22,144 bases of DNA from a virus. Its lineage: Duplodnaviria > Heunggongvirae > Uroviricota > Caudoviricetes. The position numbers and the translations under genes are program-made. Positions 15,379 to 22,144 of the stretch are shown here, piece by piece. Position 1 is the stretch's first letter. Each line of letters starts with the position of its first letter. The notes below the pieces were generated by a model. The model was not told the origin of the DNA and did not search any database. It worked only from the letters and a program-made list of their open reading frames with translations. Where the stretch lies: positions 1-22,144 of the IMG/VR virus record IMGVR_UViG_3300046055_000032, one strand, 5' to 3'.

Positions 15379-16328
15379 TGACGCTGCAAGCGGAGTTGTG
15401 TCCGGAGACGTTAACGGAGTACGGGAACACGGAAGAGGCGAGCGTTGGCCGGAACTTTATCGAAAGCTGGCAGCGCGGGCACCCGCTCGCGGACGCTCTC
15501 CTCCTCCACGGACCACCGGGCGTGGGTAAAACGACGCTCGTGCGTTGCCTTGCGCGCAGTTACGGGTTAGAGATGGTGGATTGGGACGCGAGCAGTGACG
15601 TTGACCGCGACACGATCCCCGTCATGTACCGTGCCGCGCTGAGCGCGTCCTGGAACGGGGACCCGAAAATCGTTTTCGTTGACGAAGTCGAGCACATCAC
15701 CACCACGCAACAGCAACGGATCGCTGACATCATTGACGCGAGCCGGCATCCCGTCATCTTGGCGTGCAATCATTACGGGGACGTGCACGAGAGCGTCAAG
15801 GACGCGTGCATGACGATCGAGTTCGGTCCGCCAAAGACGCGAGCCCTGGAACGGTTGGCGAAACGCATCAACGATCGCGAAGCGTTACCGGGCGTTAGCG
15901 CGGAGGACGTTGCGGAGGCCCGATCCTTCCGGCAGCTCCTCGGCGCCGCGTGTGGCGGCTCAGTCGGCGTCGCGCGTGCCGATGACTTCGATGCGCGCAT
16001 CCGTCAACTCCTCCGCGGCGAGGACGTCGATCTGCGGCCCAGCGAGTACTGGTTAGCGAAGGCGTGGCTGCTCGACAACAGTAACGGGACGCCCGCCGGC
16101 GAGTACGATCGATGGTTGGCACGGTACCGTGACGTCGGGTCGTCGATGGAGAAGTACATCAAGCGGGCCGTCCGGCAAGTACAGCGCCGGTGCCGGCAAC
16201 CTCGTTTCCCGTGGAGCGTGACGATCCAGGGTAAGAGCGACGACGAGGAGGACGGGGAGCGTGACGCGGACGACGAGGGGGACGAGGACGAGGAGGGCGC
16301 GAGCGGGATCGCTGCGTCGTTCTTCTGA
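15378..16328 (+). CDS. rfcL: RFC large-subunit-like AAA+ clamp loader, 316 aa
   Basis: LLLHGPPGVGKTT, WDASSD, IVFVDEVE, PVILACN; acidic tail ending IAASFF; TAATG coupling to the methyltransferase stop. Confidence 0.75.
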   Translation: MTLQAELCPETLTEYGNTEEASVGRNFIESWQRGHPLADALLLHGPPGVGKTTLVRCLARSYGLEMVDWDASSDVDRDTIPVMYRAALSASWNGDPKIVFVDEVEHITTTQQQRIADIIDASRHPVILACNHYGDVHESVKDACMTIEFGPPKTRALERLAKRINDREALPGVSAEDVAEARSFRQLLGAACGGSVGVARADDFDARIRQLLRGEDVDLRPSEYWLAKAWLLDNSNGTPAGEYDRWLARYRDVGSSMEKYIKRAVRQVQRRCRQPRFPWSVTIQGKSDDEEDGERDADDEGDEDEEGASGIAASFF

Positions 16329-16571
16329 CACGCTGGACAGAAGCGAAAAAGGGATAAAGGAGAGAGCCTGTTCCTTATCCCCGAGAGGGCAACTTTCGGC
16401 AGATGGTTCCGCCCTGGGCATGGCGTAAAACTGCCCCACCCCTCTGTACGGAGGACGACGTATGCGAGACGAAACCCGAGCCTGCCTGATGCTGCAAGGA
16501 CGTGCATCCATACCCCTCCTGACGCGTCATGCGCTCGGGCGTCAAACCGCCGCCTCCGTGGGGGTGCCGTG

Positions 16572-16730
16572 ATGGCTTCCTGTCTTGGTTGCGGTGAGTC
16601 GTTGACCGTTGACGAGAACGAGGCGGCGTGGGAGGAGCATATCGTGAAAGTCGAGCGCGGCGCTCTCGGGGCCAGTCGGAAGTACTTTTGCAGCGGAGAG
16701 TGCTTCGTTGCGCGGGAGCGTTCGACGTGA
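16572..16730 (+). CDS. Small zinc-finger protein, 52 aa (below the ORF-track cutoff)
   Basis: My translation: MASCLGCGESLTVDENEAAWEEHIVKVERGALGASRKYFCSGECFVARERST; CxxC...FCSxxC; upstream GGGGGTG; GTGA overlap with the next ORF. Confidence 0.6.
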   Translation: MASCLGCGESLTVDENEAAWEEHIVKVERGALGASRKYFCSGECFVARERST

Positions 16731-17005
16731 GTCTGCGTTTCGACGAGTACCAGGACGCAACCGAGGCGACGGCCGTGTATCCGCGCGACGCCGCGATCGA
16801 GGGCGTCGACGGCGGCGTCCTGTACACGGCCCTGGGTCTCGTTGGAGAAGCCGGACCGAAGTGTCCCGAGTGCGGGTGCTTGATCGCGCATCACTGTCAG
16901 TCGATCGGTTGCCGTGACTGCGAGGCGTCCGGCTGCGTGAGGGCGCCGCCGTTCGCGCGAGCGATTGTTCGCGGTGAGGAGCGGAGCGATCAGTGGTACC
17001 GATGA
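16727..17005 (+). pseudogene. Truncated MazG-like pyrophosphatase N-terminus fused to a CPxCG Cys-rich segment, 92 aa
   Basis: FDEYQDATEATAVYP...LYTALGLVGEAG is the MazG-like start, but it switches to PKCPECGC... without the second-half ELGD motif. Confidence 0.6.
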
Positions 17006-17139
17006 CGGGGACTGGTCCCGTGATGTTAACGCTCTCGCATGACGAGGCGCGTTGGTTGCTCATGCTGCTCGATCATCACAAGGCTGCGGGCGTGGACGAG
17101 GAGGAGTTGGCGAGCACGTACGAGAAGCTTCGTCGGTAG
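17002..17139 (+). CDS. Hypothetical protein, 45 aa
   Basis: ATGA overlap with the upstream stop; MTGTGPVMLTLSHDEARWLLMLLDHHKAAGVDEEELASTYEKLRR. Confidence 0.45.
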   Translation: MTGTGPVMLTLSHDEARWLLMLLDHHKAAGVDEEELASTYEKLRR

Positions 17140-17197
17140 GTGGCGCGTTTGCCCCGGGAGTGAGAGTCATGTCATGTGAGTTCGTGGGGAACTGGCC

Positions 17198-17217
17198 AAG
17201 GATTTAAATCCTTTAGG
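17198..17217 (+). promoter_or_regulatory. Palindromic TATA/operator upstream of the SNF2 gene
   Basis: Perfect 16-bp palindrome AAGGATTTAAATCCTT (17198-17213) containing TTTAAAT; SD GAGGTG at 17233-17238 before ATG 17244. Confidence 0.55.
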
Positions 17218-17243
17218 CGCCTATATGTGCTTGAGGTGCCAGG

Positions 17244-19457
17244 ATGAGTTCGACGAGTGACATTAAGCGCCTGCAACGCGCGACGCGTTTACTCGCGGCG
17301 CGCTGCGACGGCGCGAAGGCCCGTGACGGGCACGGGTTCAACAAGATCGATGCCCGTTTCGGTCAAGAGTTAGCCGCGCAAGACGACTGGACGGACCGAC
17401 AGGCTCGCGCGGCGTACGACATGCTGGAAAAGTACGAGCGGCAGCTGCACGAGGCCGGGATCGACATCGCGGACGTTGACCGCCCCGAGGTGTCAGAGAA
17501 CGTCGTGCTGGGCGTCAAAGACGACCGCCTCGTCTTCCGGTTCAGCGGCCCCGACTTCGAGTCGATCAAGGAGGACGTCAAGGCGTTGCCGTACCGTCGG
17601 TTCGTTCCCGAGAACGAGGGCGGCCCGCACTGGGTCGTTGGCGATCGGACCAAGGAGGATCTGCGCGCGCTCGAAGACTTGATCGAGGCGTGGGACCCGT
17701 TCCTGACGGACGCCGCGCGCCGCCGCCTGGAAACGGCTCGCGAGAACGCTGACGGCCCGAACGATTCGAGCCCGGCCCAGCACCGCGTCGTGCTTCACGA
17801 CGGCGTGCTCGCGCTCGATTTCCCGTACGACGAGGACGTGAAGGACGAACTGAAGAACCACTTCTCGTCCTGGGACTGGGCGCCCGACGCGAAGCTTTGG
17901 CTCGTGGACGGGAACGGGGAGCTGCTCGACGAACTGGACGCCTGGATGGAAACGTACCCGGAGTTCGAGCTGGGTGAGGACGCGAAGGAGTACGTTGCGC
18001 GGAAGCGTGAGGAGGTGCGCCAGAACCGTGAGGGTAGCCGCGCCGAGGACTCGGACGTTATGGCCGATTACGAGAGCGCGTCCGGTCACCAATTGTTCGG
18101 GTACCAGCGCGCGGGGGTCGAGTACGCGTGCGAGAACGAGCACGTCCTCATCGCTGACTCCATGGGCCTCGGTAAAACGATCCAGGCGCTCGCTACGCTG
18201 GAGAACAAGGACGCGTACCCGGCCGTGGCCGTCGTTCCCGCGAACTTGAAACAGAACTGGAAACGGGAAGCCAACGAGTGGGTGCCCGAGCGCGACGTCC
18301 GCATCCTGGACGGCACGACCGCGGACGAGCTGGGGGACGCTGACCTGTACGTGATGAATTACGCCATGCTCAGTCGCGGCGCGGACGAATGGCTCACCGC
18401 GTTCGCGAGCGAGGATCTCGCAGGCGTGATCCTGGACGAGAGCCATTACGTCAAGAACGAGGACGCGAACCGTTCCCAAGCGGCCGCGGATCTCGCGGAC
18501 GGCGTTCCGGTTCGGTTGCTCTTGACCGGTACGCCCGTCCTGAACCGTCCCCAAGAGCTGGTGCATCAGCTTCGCGTCCTGGACCAGCTCGGTGAGTTTG
18601 GCGGGTTCTGGGACTTCGCGAAACGTTACTGTGACGCGCACAAGGAGTACGTTCCCGGGCGCGGGCGCGTCTGGGACTTTAGCGGCGCGTCGAACACGAC
18701 GGAACTGAACCAGCGCCTGCGCGAAACCTGCATGGTTCGCCGCCAGAAAAGCGACGTCCTCTCCGAGCTGCCGGCGAAAAGTCACGCTAACGTTACGTTG
18801 CCCGCGGACCAGGACGAGCACGACGAGGCCGTCCGCGAGTTCCGCGAATGGCGGCGTCAAGCCGACGAGAGCGAACTGAACGCTGAAGCGATGGTGCGCA
18901 TCGAGAAACTGAAACAGGCAGCCGTTCGGGGAAAACTGGACGCTGCGATCGATTGGGTCGAGGATTTCGTCGCGAGCGAGAAGCTCGTCCTCTTCGCGAT
19001 GCATCGGGACGTCATTGACGAGCTGCGTGACGCGTTCCCGGACACGGCACTGATCGTGGAAGGGCAAAGCGGTGAGGAGCGCGAGCGCGAGAAGGAGCGG
19101 TTCCAGAACGATGACGATTGCCGTCTCCTCATCGGTGCGATGGGTGCGCACGCGGGTGCGAGCCCGGCCGGTTTGGGGCATACGCTCACGGCCGCGAGTA
19201 ACGTCGCGTTCCTGGAGCTGGGTTGGACGCCCGCGCATCACGACCAATGCGTGGATCGGACGCACCGCATCGGGCAGGACGAGCCCGTGACGGCCTGGTA
19301 CTTGATGGCGAAGGGAACGGTCGAGCAAGACATCAAGCAGGTCCTGGATCGCAAGCGCGAGGTCGTTGACGAAACCACTGACGGGCTTGCCAAGGATGAC
19401 GTCGCGCCGGAGCACGTTGCCGTTGACGTCGCTGACCGCGTTGCGGCGGAGGGCTGA
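17244..19457 (+). CDS. SNF2/SWI2-family ATPase (SMARCAL1/HARP-like), 737 aa
   Basis: LFGYQ (Q motif), IADSMGLGKTIQA, ILDESHYVKN, LLTGTPVLN, DRTHRIGQ; two HARP-like N-terminal segments. Confidence 0.9.
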   Translation: MSSTSDIKRLQRATRLLAARCDGAKARDGHGFNKIDARFGQELAAQDDWTDRQARAAYDMLEKYERQLHEAGIDIADVDRPEVSENVVLGVKDDRLVFRFSGPDFESIKEDVKALPYRRFVPENEGGPHWVVGDRTKEDLRALEDLIEAWDPFLTDAARRRLETARENADGPNDSSPAQHRVVLHDGVLALDFPYDEDVKDELKNHFSSWDWAPDAKLWLVDGNGELLDELDAWMETYPEFELGEDAKEYVARKREEVRQNREGSRAEDSDVMADYESASGHQLFGYQRAGVEYACENEHVLIADSMGLGKTIQALATLENKDAYPAVAVVPANLKQNWKREANEWVPERDVRILDGTTADELGDADLYVMNYAMLSRGADEWLTAFASEDLAGVILDESHYVKNEDANRSQAAADLADGVPVRLLLTGTPVLNRPQELVHQLRVLDQLGEFGGFWDFAKRYCDAHKEYVPGRGRVWDFSGASNTTELNQRLRETCMVRRQKSDVLSELPAKSHANVTLPADQDEHDEAVREFREWRRQADESELNAEAMVRIEKLKQAAVRGKLDAAIDWVEDFVASEKLVLFAMHRDVIDELRDAFPDTALIVEGQSGEEREREKERFQNDDDCRLLIGAMGAHAGASPAGLGHTLTAASNVAFLELGWTPAHHDQCVDRTHRIGQDEPVTAWYLMAKGTVEQDIKQVLDRKREVVDETTDGLAKDDVAPEHVAVDVADRVAAEG

Positions 19458-19463
19458 TTACTC

Positions 19464-19880
19464 GTGACTGTCAACAAGTACACGATCGACGAACTGGAGG
19501 GTTGGGAGGACGTGGAAGCGATCTTCCCCGCTATGGACCCGGAGCGTGAGGTGGACGTTGCGGCTCTCTACGAGCGGAACTGGCTGTTCGTGGGAACGGA
19601 TGGCGTTCACGGCAGCCCGCGAACCATCCAGGACGCTCGCGAGAACGAGGGCGGCGAGCAGGATCACGTCACGGTTCTCGTCGTTCAGCCGCGTCGGTGC
19701 GTTATGCGGTACGGGCACTTGCCCGTTGACCACGACGAGCGCCTGGACTGGCTGGAAACGCACCTCCACGGCACGCTGCGAGGCGTTCTCCGCCACCAGG
19801 CCGGCAGCCTCGGCGCGTACATCCTGGAACTGTACAGTTTGGAGGACGGGAACGTGTACCCTGGAGGATGGGAACAATGA
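19464..19880 (+). CDS. Hypothetical protein, 138 aa
   Basis: Acidic, host-like codon use, GTG start, ATGA coupling downstream. Confidence 0.6.
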   Translation: MTVNKYTIDELEGWEDVEAIFPAMDPEREVDVAALYERNWLFVGTDGVHGSPRTIQDARENEGGEQDHVTVLVVQPRRCVMRYGHLPVDHDERLDWLETHLHGTLRGVLRHQAGSLGAYILELYSLEDGNVYPGGWEQ

Positions 19881-20356
19881 CTGGACTTGGACCACATCTA
19901 CGAGACGCGAGCGAGCTGCACGTGACCTGGATCGGTGAACATCTCGTCGAGTTCGGTGACGGGGACGGGACCGACGCTGGCTTGTTCGAGATCGAGGAAG
20001 TGAATCGTTTCGTGAACGACGCCATGCAGCGTGGCTCGGTCAGGGATCGCCGGGCAGCGATGCGTGAGGCCGAGCAGATGCGACGCCTCGTCGCGAGCAG
20101 CCGGGACATGTACCGGGGACTGATCGACCAGATGCGGAAAGCCGGCACCATCACGGAAGACGCCTCCACCGCTTCCGACGACTGGAACGGCAACATGTAC
20201 GCGTGCCGTGAATGCAACGCTCGCGTTCCCGCGGACGAGCACGAACTAACGGACCCGTCCTGGCACCATCACGAGACGTGCTGTCTCCCGGGCCTTGACG
20301 TAGATCTCGAAGCGTCGTACGGTTGGGAGCCGCAGCATCGGAGGACCGAGCCGTGA
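19877..20356 (+). CDS. Hypothetical protein with C-terminal CxxC...HH..CC motif
   Basis: ATGA overlap at 19877; YACRECNA...HHHETCC. Confidence 0.6.
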   Translation: MTGLGPHLRDASELHVTWIGEHLVEFGDGDGTDAGLFEIEEVNRFVNDAMQRGSVRDRRAAMREAEQMRRLVASSRDMYRGLIDQMRKAGTITEDASTASDDWNGNMYACRECNARVPADEHELTDPSWHHHETCCLPGLDVDLEASYGWEPQHRRTEP

Positions 20357-20532
20357 GTTTTGTCGTCACGATGCACAAGGACGGTGAAACGCTATGGTTG
20401 GGCGAGGACGGATGGGTCCGGCAGCGACCCCTCGCCTTAACCTTCCCGTCTCGCAGCAAGGCTGAAACGGCCCGAGACGGGAACCAAGTGTTCGCTCCCA
20501 CGGGCGTCACGTTGGAGGTCGAGGAACGGTGA
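20353..20532 (+). CDS. Hypothetical protein, 59 aa
   Basis: GTGA overlaps at both ends; in frame with the track ORF 20323-20532. Confidence 0.5.
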   Translation: MSFVVTMHKDGETLWLGEDGWVRQRPLALTFPSRSKAETARDGNQVFAPTGVTLEVEER

Positions 20533-20624
20533 CGTGCGCGAACTGTGACCGCGAGTTCGACCCGTCGCGAGCGTTCTGGCGTAACCGGCTCTGCACTCAC
20601 TGCATCGGAGGGAACGCGCGATGA
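20529..20624 (+). CDS. 31-aa C4 zinc-finger microprotein
   Basis: My translation: MTCANCDREFDPSRAFWRNRLCTHCIGGNAR; coupled by GTGA and ATGA overlaps on both sides. Confidence 0.5.
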   Translation: MTCANCDREFDPSRAFWRNRLCTHCIGGNAR

Positions 20625-21049
20625 GTAAGGGCTGGACGCGCGAAGAAGTGGAGACGGCGAAGAGTCGCAGCCTCGGCGAGTTCTTCGCGGAGCGGTTGTT
20701 GAACAAGGAGCGGCGGATCGACAACGGACTGTGCCCGCGCTGCGGTCAACCGCTCGATGACGATGATCGCTGTCAGGCCTCCGGCGAGCCGGCTGACGAG
20801 CTGCTGGAGAAGGGGTTGAGGTGGGGCGTTTGGGCGTGGCCGGGACAGTGCCCGGATGCGCCCTGGGACTGTTACGGCCACATCGAAGGGCTGGGCCGAG
20901 AGGCAACGCCCTGGTGCGGGGAGCATGGGCGGCGCATGGAGCTGCACCCGCACGGCGGGCATCGCTGCCCCGCGTGCGAGGAAGCGGCGGCAGCGCGCTC
21001 GCAACGCTTCATGCAGAAACTCACGGAGGAGACGACGAACGATGACTGA
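20621..21049 (+). CDS. Cys-rich hypothetical protein, 142 aa
   Basis: LCPRCG, CPDAPWDC, WCGEHG, HRCPAC; ATGA overlap upstream. Confidence 0.6.
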   Translation: MSKGWTREEVETAKSRSLGEFFAERLLNKERRIDNGLCPRCGQPLDDDDRCQASGEPADELLEKGLRWGVWAWPGQCPDAPWDCYGHIEGLGREATPWCGEHGRRMELHPHGGHRCPACEEAAAARSQRFMQKLTEETTNDD

Positions 21050-21212
21050 ATGGTACAAGGTACGGGACGACGGGAACAATGAGTGGTTGATTGTGCAGGA
21101 GTTAGCGCATGGCGTTCGGCGCGTGTACGCGCGAGCGCAGAACAAGAAGGATGCGGCGAGGATCGCGGACGCGCTCGCGATCCATGCAGCCGAGAGATCG
21201 GCGGAACATTAA
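21042..21212 (+). CDS. Hypothetical protein, 56 aa
   Basis: ATG overlaps the upstream gene end; MTEWYKVRDDGNNEWLIVQELAHG... Confidence 0.5.
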   Translation: MTEWYKVRDDGNNEWLIVQELAHGVRRVYARAQNKKDAARIADALAIHAAERSAEH

Positions 21213-21348
21213 TCAGAGCGTATCCTCTCATGTTTCTCGCCCGGAGGGGCCCGCCTGGCACCTCAACCCGGTTCTTTCCCTGGATGAAAGGGTCTCCTCC
21301 GGGCGTTCTCGTCACGTCTCGAAAGCGAAAAGGCTTCAAGGCGTCTCC

Positions 21349-21498
21349 GTGTTGGTTGGGCGAGGGGATGGCTTGCAAACCGAGAACAGGGAATGTGAGG
21401 ACTGCGGCGATCTCGTTAGCGGCGTGAACGTTGACGCTCAGATGACGGTTCGTTGCTCGGACTGCATCGCGAACCTCTCCGCGGGGTCCAAGTACTGA
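21349..21498 (+). CDS. Small CxxC...CxxC protein (start uncertain)
   Basis: RECEDCG...VRCSDC; TGATG overlap with the next gene; GTG 21349 chosen within the track ORF 21109-21498. Confidence 0.4.
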   Translation: MLVGRGDGLQTENRECEDCGDLVSGVNVDAQMTVRCSDCIANLSAGSKY

Positions 21499-22144
21499 TG
21501 CGTACCGAGGAACGCGAACGCACGACACGCGACATCGTTGCCGAACACTTGGCGTCGCAGGAGAGCGAATGGCATCAGGACGAGCCGAACGTGTATCACG
21601 CCAGCCGGGTCTGGAACTGTTTCCGTAAAGCGTACTATAAGAAACAGGGCGAGGAGGGGGAGGACGTGCCGTTGGGTCTGTTCGCGATGGGGGCTCGTGC
21701 CGAGGACGTCCTGTTCGAGGCGTTGCGGGATCACTTCGGTGACGCGTTCGTGCTCACGGACGTGCCCGTCAAGGAGGACGTCGAGACGGAGCACGGGAGC
21801 ATCGCGATCGTGGGACGAACGGACCCCGTCGTGATCGGGTACAACGGCGAGTTCTTGCGCCTGTACGAAGTCAAGAGCAGCGAGAGCTGGAGCACGGGTC
21901 GGGACGATGCGGGGAGCGCGAAACCGACGCACACGCACCAGGCCGCCTTTTATGCGGCGAAGCTCGGGATCGATGACGTTCACATTCCGCGCCCGGGTAG
22001 AAGTGACGTTCTCGACATGCCGTCCCCGGACTTCACGATCCCGAGCGGCGAGATCTCGGAACTGTACCGGGAAACCGTCGAGTACTTCGTTCAGTTGCAC
22101 GAGTACGTGGCGAGCGACGAGCTGCCCGACCCGGAGCCGCGGCA
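21498..22144 (+). CDS. Cas4-like/RecB-family PD-(D/E)XK nuclease, partial (runs off the window)
   Basis: My translation from ATG 21498 stays open to the end: YHASRVWNCFRKAYY, GRTD, YEVKS, HQAAFYA. Absent from the ORF track because there is no stop in the window. Confidence 0.8.
   Translation, partial: MRTEERERTTRDIVAEHLASQESEWHQDEPNVYHASRVWNCFRKAYYKKQGEEGEDVPLGLFAMGARAEDVLFEALRDHFGDAFVLTDVPVKEDVETEHGSIAIVGRTDPVVIGYNGEFLRLYEVKSSESWSTGRDDAGSAKPTHTHQAAFYAAKLGIDDVHIPRPGRSDVLDMPSPDFTIPSGEISELYRETVEYFVQLHEYVASDELPDPEPR

Noticed and set aside
16460-16545. Hammerhead ribozyme (GACGAAAC plus CCCGAGC/GCTCGGG stem)
   Set aside because: No CUGANGA core in the required position, and the base opposite A15.1 would be C rather than U.
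17493-19415. Long minus-strand ORFs (this 640-aa one, also 1616-2821, 3455-4756, 7507-8613, 8858-10093)
   Set aside because: Antisense shadows of GC3-biased plus-strand genes; no recognisable motifs.
1-22144. tRNA, rRNA, integrase or IS elements
   Set aside because: No cloverleaf/T-loop signature, rRNA-like stretch, or transposase/recombinase motifs recognised; a tRNAscan/Infernal run would be needed to exclude them formally.

Overview
A 22-kb, entirely plus-strand, GC-rich window with acidic proteins, typical of a haloarchaeal virus or provirus DNA-replication region. No capsid genes are in view, so virus versus another mobile element cannot be settled. An origin-like noncoding block (G-string inverted repeat, 12-bp iterons) precedes a near-complete replisome/recombination module: AbrB-like regulator, OB-fold SSB, Sak4-like ATPase, PCNA, fused PriS-PriL primase, stand-alone Orc1/Cdc6-type winged helix, ERCC4 nuclease, RFC small and large subunits, and PolB with a LAGLIDADG intein. 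A putative DNA-modification cassette is interleaved (PAPS-reductase-like, GNAT, 2OG-Fe(II) oxygenase, amino-methyltransferases), followed by a SNF2/HARP-like ATPase, small Cys-rich ORFs and a partial Cas4-like nuclease. Highlights: (1) the RFC small subunit is encoded in two ORFs joined by an apparently naturally split intein whose N-half carries an HNH endonuclease; (2) PolB, RFC-large, the oxygenase, the methyltransferase and a frameshifted methyltransferase relic all end in the same variant PIP-box-like tail [A/V]-x-[S/E/D]-F-F-stop, suggesting modification enzymes tethered to the element's own sliding clamp. All family calls come from motifs read by eye; no searches were run.
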